Assembly (NCBI GenBank): GCA_039802265.1 | Contig: JBDRWI010000029.1 | Location: 1-28,012, forward strand | Direction of reading: 5' to 3' | Source: a candidate division WOR-3 bacterium | GTDB lineage: Bacteria > Hydrothermota > Tepidihabitantia > SM23-42 > JAOAFX01 | DNA: 28,012 nucleotides | Shown here: positions 7,379-16,500 of the stretch, in pieces | Layout of the letters: each line of letters begins with the position of its first letter | How positions within the stretch are numbered: the stretch's first letter is position 1 | The notes under the pieces: model-generated | The model's input: only the letters and a program-made list of their open reading frames with translations | What the model was told of the DNA's origin: nothing | The model's database searches: none | Translations under genes and position numbers: made by a program

Positions 7379-8671
7379 ATGATTACAATGGTCAATTTAA
7401 GCCACGATGAACTACCAACCCAGTGGTATAATATACTTCCGGATTTACCAGAACCACTACCGCAACCAATGGATCCACCCGATGGTCCGTCACGCATAAA
7501 TAACCTACCCAACCTCTTAATTGGCGAATGCCTAAAACAAGAATTCTCAACCGAACGCTGGATTGATATCCCTGGTGGGATTTTAGATTTATACCATAAG
7601 GCCGGCAGACCCCGACCTCTTTTTCGAGCAACAAATCTTGAAAAGAGATTACAGACACCAGCCCGATTATACTACAAAGGTGAGTTTTTTAGCCCCACGG
7701 GTAGTCATAAGGTAAATACGGCACTGGCACAATGCTGGTATGCAAAACAGGAAGGTTATGAAAAAGTTACAACCGAGACCGGAGCCGGGCAATGGGGAAC
7801 CGCCCTCTCCTATGCCGCTGCAGTAACCGGATTGAAGTGTATTGTATTCTGGGTGCGTAGTGTCTATAACTGGAAAAAGGATAGACTACAATTTATGAAG
7901 ATGCTCGGTGCTGAAGTCCATGCCTCACCCAGTCCTGTTACAGAATTTGGCAGGTCCTTATATGAAAAGAATCCAGAACATGTTGGTTCACTGGGGATTG
8001 CAATTTCTGAAGGACTTGAGGCAGCACAGAAAGACCCAAAGGCAATCTATTGCTTGGGCTCGGTTTTGAATCATGTCCTGATGCATCAAACCATAATCGG
8101 CCTTGAGGCAAAGAAACAGTTTGAGATATTTGATGACTATCCGGATATTGTAATCTCCTGTCTGGGAGGTGGTTCAAATTTTGGTGGATTTGCTATTCCG
8201 TTTATTGGCGATGTATTGACCAAGGGTAAAAAAATAAAATTTATCGCTGCCCAGAGCGAGGCAGCACCAAACCTGCAGGGCAGGTATGAATATGACTTCG
8301 CCGATTACGCCGAGCTGACGCCATTATTAAAGATGTATACACTCGGGCACAAGATTGATATGGCACCAATAAAGGGCGATGGGCTGCGCTATCACGGGTG
8401 TTCACCAATAATCAGTCTTTTAAGAAACAAGGGATACATCGATACGGTCGCCTATCCCCGGGATGAGCGTTATGTCTTTGAAAGGGCAAAACTTTTTATG
8501 GAGACCGAAGGTTGGCTACCTGCGCCAGAATCGGCATATTCAGTATGCTGTGCTATTGATGAAGCGGTTAAATGCCGGGAAAGTGGTGAAAAGAAGGTTA
8601 TTGCCTTCAATGTCAGTGGCCATGGATTCCTTGATATACCGGGGTACCGGGATGTACTTGCCCTTGGTTAA
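7379..8671 (+). CDS. trpB2: Tryptophan synthase beta chain, TrpB2-type PLP enzyme
   Basis: LPTQWYNILPDLP, SPTGSHKVNTA (PLP lysine), TTETGAGQWG, GSVLNHV, GGGSNF, PAPES, NVSGHG. Start moved to ATG 7379 after the AAGGAG SD. Confidence 0.92.
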   Translation: MITMVNLSHDELPTQWYNILPDLPEPLPQPMDPPDGPSRINNLPNLLIGECLKQEFSTERWIDIPGGILDLYHKAGRPRPLFRATNLEKRLQTPARLYYKGEFFSPTGSHKVNTALAQCWYAKQEGYEKVTTETGAGQWGTALSYAAAVTGLKCIVFWVRSVYNWKKDRLQFMKMLGAEVHASPSPVTEFGRSLYEKNPEHVGSLGIAISEGLEAAQKDPKAIYCLGSVLNHVLMHQTIIGLEAKKQFEIFDDYPDIVISCLGGGSNFGGFAIPFIGDVLTKGKKIKFIAAQSEAAPNLQGRYEYDFADYAELTPLLKMYTLGHKIDMAPIKGDGLRYHGCSPIISLLRNKGYIDTVAYPRDERYVFERAKLFMETEGWLPAPESAYSVCCAIDEAVKCRESGEKKVIAFNVSGHGFLDIPGYRDVLALG

Positions 8672-8770
8672 TTAAAGCCCGATTTCAATTCAACATCCCT
8701 ATTAATTGAATCAAAAATTTCTCACTACCTGTTCAATTTTGAATAGATCAACGAAATCGGACTTTGGGTT

Positions 8771-10777
8771 ATGAAACCGGAAGAAATAAAAAATACCTTG
8801 AGCCGAACCTGGCATCCTTTCTTCGGTAGATTCGGTAGTCTGCTGCCCATTCAGGAACTCACCATACCCCATATCCTCAATGGCGCGAATGTAGTTGTTA
8901 TTTCACCAGCCGCAACAGGAAAGACTGAGGCGGTTATTGCCCCAATATTGGAAAAAGTTCTCGTCCAGAGTTCAAAGGGACTAAAGGTCTTATATATCAC
9001 ACCAACCCGTGCACTTGTGAACGACCTGTTTAGAAGGCTTGAAGAACCGGTCCGGGCATTAAATCTTATTATCAGCAGGAAGACCGGTGATAGACCGAAG
9101 ATAGACATAAAGAAAATACCGGATATTCTTCTGACCACCCCGGAATCATTTGACTCAATGCTTGCACGCCTGCCCCGGATATTTTTAGACCTCGCCTTTG
9201 TCGTTCTTGATGAAATCCATCTCCTTGACAATACCCCACGCGGAGACCAGTTGAGATTACTTCTAATTAGATTGAAAAGAATCTTGAAAGAAACCCGCCA
9301 GTTGCAGTATTGCGCCCTTTCAGCAACGATTGATGACCTCAAACTGGGTGAGAGATACTTTCCCCATCCAACGGTCTGCCTTCTCAAATCACCGAGGGAG
9401 ATTGAATATCTCCTCCTGCCGGCTGATAATTTTATCAATGCATTCTACAGAATCGTTCAAGAAAGAAAGATTAAAAAGGTCCTCGCCTTTTTTAATGCCC
9501 GAAGCCTGGTTGAAGGCTTTTCACAAAAATTTAATCGTCCACCATTCTATAATCGGCTTTTTGTCCACCATGCAAGTTTACCCAAAGCCCGCCGGGAAGA
9601 AGTTGAAAAGGCAATGAATCAACTGGACCGGGCCATGCTTTTAGCCACCTCTACCCTGGAACTGGGAATTGATATTGGCGATGTGGACTGTATTGTTCTT
9701 TACCGTCCTCCTTACAACATCTCTTCTTTACTACAGCGCATTGGCAGAGGAAATCGCCGAACCGAAAGACTATTTGCCGTTGGTGTCTATTTAAATAACT
9801 GGGAAAAACTCCTCTTTGAGACATTCTTTGAATGCGCCCAGAAAGGACTTTTATACGAAAAGAAGTATCAACCATCATTGGCGGTTATTCCCCAGCAGAT
9901 CTATTCTTATCTATATCAGCGGCGGAGAATTGGCACGACCCTGAACAGCCTCTATCGGCTATTCTGTACCGTCTATTCTGAAGATATTATCAAGACCGTC
10001 TTTGGTAAACTGCTTGGTTCGGAAATAATTAAAGAAACAAGACCGGGGATATATAATCTAACAGCAAAGATTGAGAACAAAATCACCTATGGTAAGATCC
10101 ATTCTAATATCGCTGAAAAGTCATTCGGTGAATATTCTGTCTATGACATTAGTCAGGGAAATTTAATTGGCCGTATTTACTATTTATTAAAGCGATTCAT
10201 CCTCGGCGGCAGATGCTGGGAAAGGGTAAAGGTTCTGGAGAGCGAAAAGAAGGTCTATGCACGAGTCATTGGCGAAGGTCCGGAGTTTGCAAAGATTTTT
10301 GAAGGTAAGGGTGCGGGTAATTATAATTATCTTTTATCGGCGGTATTGAAAGCCAAACTTTTCCCGACACTAAAGCCCGAGGAATTTCCATTTTTCTATG
10401 ATGGAGAAAATACCCATATCCTCCACCTCTTTGGTTCGCTCTATGGTTTCATAATTGCGGAGGCATTATTTGAGGAAGGAATTGATGCTATTGATATAGA
10501 AGGAAAGATTCTGACCCTGAATAAATTTCTGCTGTCGGATGAAAGTTTTCCTATTCCCAAAGAGGGTAGTATAAAAAAGATAATCAGTGCCAACATCACA
10601 AGATTTGAAGATGCACTGGGGAGTGGTGCATTCTTCTACGACCTTCCTTCAGAACTTCAGGTTGAAGACCATTTTTTAAACTTAGATATCTCTGGCTTTG
10701 TTGATTTTTTATCTAAGATAAGGCTTGTTGAAATGCCCCTCGAAAGATTACAGGAAGTGCTGAGGCTGATTGGATAG
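8771..10777 (+). CDS. Lhr-like DEAD/DEAH-box SF2 helicase
   Basis: AATGKTEA, PTRALVNDL, TTPES, DEIH, LSAT, HHASL, ATSTLELGIDIGDVD, QRIGRGNRR. Confidence 0.88.
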   Translation: MKPEEIKNTLSRTWHPFFGRFGSLLPIQELTIPHILNGANVVVISPAATGKTEAVIAPILEKVLVQSSKGLKVLYITPTRALVNDLFRRLEEPVRALNLIISRKTGDRPKIDIKKIPDILLTTPESFDSMLARLPRIFLDLAFVVLDEIHLLDNTPRGDQLRLLLIRLKRILKETRQLQYCALSATIDDLKLGERYFPHPTVCLLKSPREIEYLLLPADNFINAFYRIVQERKIKKVLAFFNARSLVEGFSQKFNRPPFYNRLFVHHASLPKARREEVEKAMNQLDRAMLLATSTLELGIDIGDVDCIVLYRPPYNISSLLQRIGRGNRRTERLFAVGVYLNNWEKLLFETFFECAQKGLLYEKKYQPSLAVIPQQIYSYLYQRRRIGTTLNSLYRLFCTVYSEDIIKTVFGKLLGSEIIKETRPGIYNLTAKIENKITYGKIHSNIAEKSFGEYSVYDISQGNLIGRIYYLLKRFILGGRCWERVKVLESEKKVYARVIGEGPEFAKIFEGKGAGNYNYLLSAVLKAKLFPTLKPEEFPFFYDGENTHILHLFGSLYGFIIAEALFEEGIDAIDIEGKILTLNKFLLSDESFPIPKEGSIKKIISANITRFEDALGSGAFFYDLPSELQVEDHFLNLDISGFVDFLSKIRLVEMPLERLQEVLRLIG

Positions 10778-10779
10778 AC

Positions 10780-10807
10780 TTGACAAACTCTACTTTTATA
10801 ATAAAAT
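10780..10807 (+). promoter_or_regulatory. sigma70-like promoter of the ispA operon (TTGACA-16-TAAAAT)
   Basis: -35 at 10780-10785, -10 at 10802-10807; ATG at 10824 has no SD. Confidence 0.7.
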
Positions 10808-10823
10808 ATAAAATAATATTCCA

Positions 10824-11687
10824 ATGGACATAAGAGAATATCTTGAATCAAAAAGACGGATTGTGGATGACGCCTTAAAGAAATATTTTATAAACCGAAA
10901 TCTCTTCTTTGAGGTGATGCATTATTCACTGGAACGCGGAAAGCGAATAAGGCCAATACTTGCTATTGCCAGTTATGAGGCAAACGGTGGCAAGGATATC
11001 AAAGAGATACTGCCCATTGCCTGTGGTCTTGAGTTAATCCATACCTATTCTCTAATCCACGACGACCTGCCGGCTATGGACAATGATGATTACCGAAGGG
11101 GCAGGGAATCTGCCCACAAAAAGTTTGGCGAGGCAATTGCAATCCTTTCCGGCGATGGACTCTTCGCCTATGCCTTTGAACTTCTTACTGAAGGGGACAA
11201 TTTGATTGAAGAAAAATATCGGGTTGTAAGGGAGGTCGCAAAAACGGTTGGACCAAACGGGATTGTATATGGTCAGTTCCTTGACATTCAGGAATATAGC
11301 CGACCCAACCCAAAAATTTTAAGGCAGATCCACTATAATAAAACCGCACAATTTATTGCCCTGAGCATAAAGGTGGGCGCAATAATTGCCCGTGCTGATG
11401 AAAAGATAATAGATACCCTAACCAGGGCTGGGATCTATTTAGGAATTCTCTTTCAATATACCGACGACATACTGGATATCGTTGGTAAAAAGGAAGAACT
11501 GGGTAAGACTCCCCAAAAAGACCTGAAGAATAAAAAAATCACTGCTCCCCTTGTATATGGAATGGATAGTGCAAGATTCCGGGCGCAGAGATATGCCCAG
11601 CTTGCCCGGGGTATCTTCACCCAACTCGGAGCAAGATTTGAAGTATTCAATCAACTTACCGATTTTATCCTGAACCGAACTTATTAA
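10824..11687 (+). CDS. ispA: Farnesyl/geranylgeranyl diphosphate synthase
   Basis: GKRIRP, HTYSLIHDDLPAMDNDDYRRG, FQYTDDILD, LGKT. Confidence 0.93.
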   Translation: MDIREYLESKRRIVDDALKKYFINRNLFFEVMHYSLERGKRIRPILAIASYEANGGKDIKEILPIACGLELIHTYSLIHDDLPAMDNDDYRRGRESAHKKFGEAIAILSGDGLFAYAFELLTEGDNLIEEKYRVVREVAKTVGPNGIVYGQFLDIQEYSRPNPKILRQIHYNKTAQFIALSIKVGAIIARADEKIIDTLTRAGIYLGILFQYTDDILDIVGKKEELGKTPQKDLKNKKITAPLVYGMDSARFRAQRYAQLARGIFTQLGARFEVFNQLTDFILNRTY

Positions 11688-11697
11688 AAATCTAATT

Positions 11698-13557
11698 ATG
11701 AACCTTCTGGAAAAGATTGAAAGCCCCGAAGACATAAAGAAATTTAGTGAAGAAGAACTCACTGCCCTTGCCCGGGAAATAAGAGAAATGATCATTACTA
11801 CCACATCAAGGACAGGGGGTCATGTAGCACCTTCTTTAGGGGTAGTGGAATTAACGATTGCCCTTTATTGGGTATTCAATCTTGAAAGGGATAAGATAAT
11901 CTGGGATGTTGGACATCAGTCTTATGCCCATAAATTACTCACCGGCAGATATAAGAAATTTTCAAGTTTAAGAAGATTCAAGGGCATAAGTGGATTCCCG
12001 AAGCGTGAAGAGTCTAAATACGATGTCTTCAATACCGGACATTCCTCTACTTCCCTCTCCGCAGCCTGTGGCCTTGCTATTGCAAGAGATTTTACTGGCG
12101 CCGATTATCACATCATATCTGTAATTGGTGATGGCTCACTGGGCGCGGGTATGGCCTTTGAGGCATTGAATCATATCGGTCAATTAAAGAAAGATGTAAT
12201 CGTCGTGCTCAATGACAATGAACGGTCCATCGGCGAAACCGTGGGTGCACTATCCCAATATCTTACCAAGATAATCACCACCCGCAGTTACAATAGATTA
12301 AGGGACGACCTCTGGGTATTTTTAGGCCGGTTTCCCCCTTATATAAGGGACCGCGCGAGGAATGTAGCGAAGAGAATACAGGAGGCATTAAAGGGTTTTG
12401 TTTCACCCGCAGTGATATTTGAAGAACTCGGTTTTCGTTATATCGGTCCACTTGATGGGCACAAAATCAAGGACTTGATTGTGACCTTCTCAAGGGTTAA
12501 GGAGATGCGTGGACCAAGGATTGTGCATGTAGTCACAAAAAAGGGAAAAGGTTATAAGTATGCAGAAGAACACCCGGAACGTTTTCACGGTATCGGACCT
12601 TATAACCCGCAAACCGGCACGGAGAATAAGAAGACAACATCCTTCACCGATGTCTTCGGTGAAGCAATTGTTAATATTGCCAGAGAAAACAAAAAAATTG
12701 TAGCAATTACCGCGGGTATGTGTCTGGGAACAGGATTGAAGAAATTTTCCAAAGAATATCCAGAAAGATTCTTTGATGTGGGAATCTGTGAACAGCATGC
12801 AGTAACGATGGCCGCGGGCCTTGCCCTTGAAGGATTCATCCCGGTCTGTGCAATATATTCTACATTCCTCCAACGTGCCTATGATCAGATAATCCACGAT
12901 GTCTGTCTGCAGAAATTACCGGTCATCTTTGCCATTGACCGGGCTGGTCTGGTTGGTGAGGATGGACCAACCCACCATGGTCCATTTGATGTCTCCTACC
13001 TGCAGTGTATCCCCAATATTATCGTCGCTTCTCCCAAGGATGGAGAAGAACTGATTTCCCTTCTTAAGACCGCAATAAATTATCGGGGTGGTCCTTTTGC
13101 CATTCGCTACCCTAAGGCAGCCTGTCCGGAAGTCCGGAATCCTGACCCCGGTGAGATTAAAATCGGTGAATGGGAAATCCTGCAAGAGGGAAAAGACATT
13201 GCAATCCTCGCCACGGGCTCAATGGTGGCACCGGCGCTTGGGGCAGTTGAAATATTAAATAAGAAAAATATTAACCCGATTCTGATAAATGCGCGTTTTA
13301 TTAAACCCCTTGATACCACCCTGCTGAAGATAATCAAAGACAAGGTAAAAAAGGTCTTCACCATTGAAGAAAATTCCACGGTCGGTGGTTTTGGCTCTGC
13401 GGTGCTTGATTTCTTTGCCCCATTTCATAAAGAGATATCAGTTGAGATAATCGGTCTGCCGGACCGATTTATTGAGCACGGTTCAAGGGAAGAACTATTA
13501 AAAATCTGTGGACTTGACTCAGAAGGGATTGTGAATAGAATTATGACAAAATCATGA
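11698..13557 (+). CDS. dxs: 1-deoxy-D-xylulose-5-phosphate synthase
   Basis: GGHVAPSLGVVELT, WDVGHQSYAHK, GDGS...LNDN, FDVGICEQHA, YSTFLQRAYDQ, DRAGLVGEDGPTHHG. Confidence 0.97.
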   Translation: MNLLEKIESPEDIKKFSEEELTALAREIREMIITTTSRTGGHVAPSLGVVELTIALYWVFNLERDKIIWDVGHQSYAHKLLTGRYKKFSSLRRFKGISGFPKREESKYDVFNTGHSSTSLSAACGLAIARDFTGADYHIISVIGDGSLGAGMAFEALNHIGQLKKDVIVVLNDNERSIGETVGALSQYLTKIITTRSYNRLRDDLWVFLGRFPPYIRDRARNVAKRIQEALKGFVSPAVIFEELGFRYIGPLDGHKIKDLIVTFSRVKEMRGPRIVHVVTKKGKGYKYAEEHPERFHGIGPYNPQTGTENKKTTSFTDVFGEAIVNIARENKKIVAITAGMCLGTGLKKFSKEYPERFFDVGICEQHAVTMAAGLALEGFIPVCAIYSTFLQRAYDQIIHDVCLQKLPVIFAIDRAGLVGEDGPTHHGPFDVSYLQCIPNIIVASPKDGEELISLLKTAINYRGGPFAIRYPKAACPEVRNPDPGEIKIGEWEILQEGKDIAILATGSMVAPALGAVEILNKKNINPILINARFIKPLDTTLLKIIKDKVKKVFTIEENSTVGGFGSAVLDFFAPFHKEISVEIIGLPDRFIEHGSREELLKICGLDSEGIVNRIMTKS

Positions 13558-16500
13558 CTCTTTTAATTATCGTATTCTTGTTGGGTCAATTTACTGCGCC
13601 CTATGAAACTCGGGTTTTTGTTGACTATGATGGAAACTATATTGTGTATGCCCGATTTTACCAGGGAACACTGGTAAGTATTGATAGTGTAATCCCGATG
13701 CCCCATTATTTAAAGACCAGCCTCCACCGTCGTAACAAGATGATGCTAATCGGTGAATTGAAAAAGGAATTGGTCAAACATAGCGGCTATGCCGCAAAAG
13801 GAATCTTTGGAACATTTGAAATACCCCTGCCCAAAGGGGGATTCAGTGACTTCATGGGTGAAACTGGAAAACTTGATGTGGGTGGTTATGTGAAGATAAC
13901 ATTGGGTGGTGGTAAGACATTTATGACCAATCTACCCGGGCAGGCTGGAATGTCCCTCTGGCCCGAATTACAGATGGAACAGGAAATGGCAGTAAATCTT
14001 GATGGTCAGGTCGGTGACCGGATGCGGGTATTCATCGACCATAATTCAACAAGAATCAATGAGACTGAAAATAAAGTCCGTATCACCTATAAGGGAAAGG
14101 AAGACGAAATTATTCAGGAGATTGAAGGTGGCGATACCCAGCTATCAATCCCACCGACGACTTATACCGGCGATATTCCATCCCATCAGGGGCTTTTTGG
14201 TATAAAGTCTACCTCACGATTTGGTCCCCTGGAAATAACCGCCATCGCCTCCCGGGAACAGACCCAGACTGAAGAGATGGAAATAACCGGCACTTCATCA
14301 TTGACTACCGATTCAATATTCTCAAAGGACTATGAAAAAAGGAGATTCTTCTGGCTCGGAACCCTTGATTCAATCATTGAATTGAAGGTCTTTGTCTACG
14401 ACGAAAACCAGGGAAACAACAGCAACAACATCACCCGTTATGGAAACGCCATCCTTGATGCCAATGACAATAACATTCCTGATGATACGACAAAGACCGT
14501 CTCGGGTTATTTCACCCTAAGAGACGAAGGGCTTGACCGCGATTATACATTTATACCAAAGGTAAACATAATTGAAATGAAGCAGGGAATACAGTTGTAT
14601 TATGAGGCATTGGGTGTTTATTATCGCAAGATTGATAGTCAGGGTAATGAAGATACGGTGGGACTCCTTCCGGCCGGGCAGGATACAATCCAGTTGAAGC
14701 TCATCTGTCCGAAAAATTATCCGGATACATCATCAATCCTCTGGGCTTACGAGTTGAAGAATTATTATCAGATAACAGTTCCCGGGGGTAATCTTGATTC
14801 CGTGCAGATTTACTATATGAATCCCAGCGGAATTAACGACTACAAGGATACCCAGGGAAGGACTTATCTTAATCTTCTGGGACTTGATGAGAATAAAGAT
14901 GGTGTTGTCGACCAGTATCTCGGCTTTGGTGATGGTGGATTTGACCGCTATCGTGGCCTTTTGATCTTTCCGGAGCCGATGCCATTTACCAATTCCACTC
15001 TGCCGGAGCCGGATTATGCGATATACTACAATCCCTATCAACCTTCTCTCACCGGTAAATATTACATAAAGAAAAGGTCAGTAACAGTTGCAAGAACCTT
15101 TGATCTGCCCGCGAATACCAAGAGAGTCCGGGTATATGTAAATGATCGCGAGCTTGAAGAAGAAGGTTATTTTGTTGATTATGAAGAAGGAAAACTGGAA
15201 TTGCGAGTACCGCTTGCCCCCACGGACCGGGTGAGAATCCAGATTGAATATAGCCCATTCTTTTCTATGTCCCAGAAATCGCTTGTTGGTATGCGTGGGA
15301 GTTCAAAGATTTTAGGTGATGGTACACTTGGGACTTCTTTCTTCTGGCGCACCGAAACCTTTCAGAGTACCCCCTATCAACACATCAAACTTGGTGAAGA
15401 ACCATTCAACCGAATGGTTTTAGAAGCAGACTTTGCCCTGCCCAAGAGCCTGCCCTCATTAACAACATTCGTTGACAACCTGCCGTTAATTGAAACCGAA
15501 ACGGAATCAAAATTTAATCTCAATTTTGAAGGTGCCTATTCATTCTCCAACCTCAATTCCCAGAAGGCGGTTTATATCGATGACCTTGAGGCAACAACCA
15601 TCACCAAATCAGCCCAGATCACAAGACTCTACTGGACACCCTGTTCAAAGCCCCTTACTGCAGATATAACAAACTTTGTCCGGACTCCATTAAGATGGTT
15701 CAACTTGAAAGACAAAGAGCGCCTTACTGCCCGAGATATCTATCTGAATCCAGTTGACCCGAACGAAATTGCGGATGTCTTGAAGATTGTCTTTACCCCG
15801 GAAAATGTGCAGTCTTTTGCCGGGTTGACGCAATATATCACAAGTGAGGACCTGAGTGAGTGTGAAAATATTGAACTACTGATAAAGGGGAAGGGGGGCA
15901 AGATTCACATTGAACTTGCCGAGGAGATATGTGAAGACCAGTTGAGAAGAAACAAAAATGGAGAACTGGTTGGTCTGGGTAGCCTGGAGGATGAAGACTT
16001 CAATCCCCATAACTTCTCCTTCAGCGAAAATGAGGAAGATGCAGGATTGGACACTGTATTTGGTGATGATAACGCACAGGTTCCGGGTGATGATGGCAAT
16101 GATGATTTCAATGAAAATGATTACAATAAAATAAACGGCACCGAAGGCAACCGCTGGTATGACACCGAAGACCTTGACCGCAATGGAGTCTTGAATACAA
16201 ATAATGTATATTACAGTTATTCAGTCCACCTTGACTCATCCAGATTTTTGATTGATGCGGAATTGAAACCGGGCTGGAAGATGTTTCGGATACCAATCAA
16301 GGATTCGCTGGTGTGGGATACAGTCTTCGGCAGTCCGAGCTGGAGCAATATAAGATATGTCCGAATCTGGTTTGATAACTTCACCTCGGCGGAAACGCTG
16401 CTATTGTATAAATTAAACATTACCGGAAGTCGCTGGAAGAATCTGGGTATTCAGGGAGAACTGGTTGATTCTTCAGAAATCTTTACCATCACCCCGGTCA

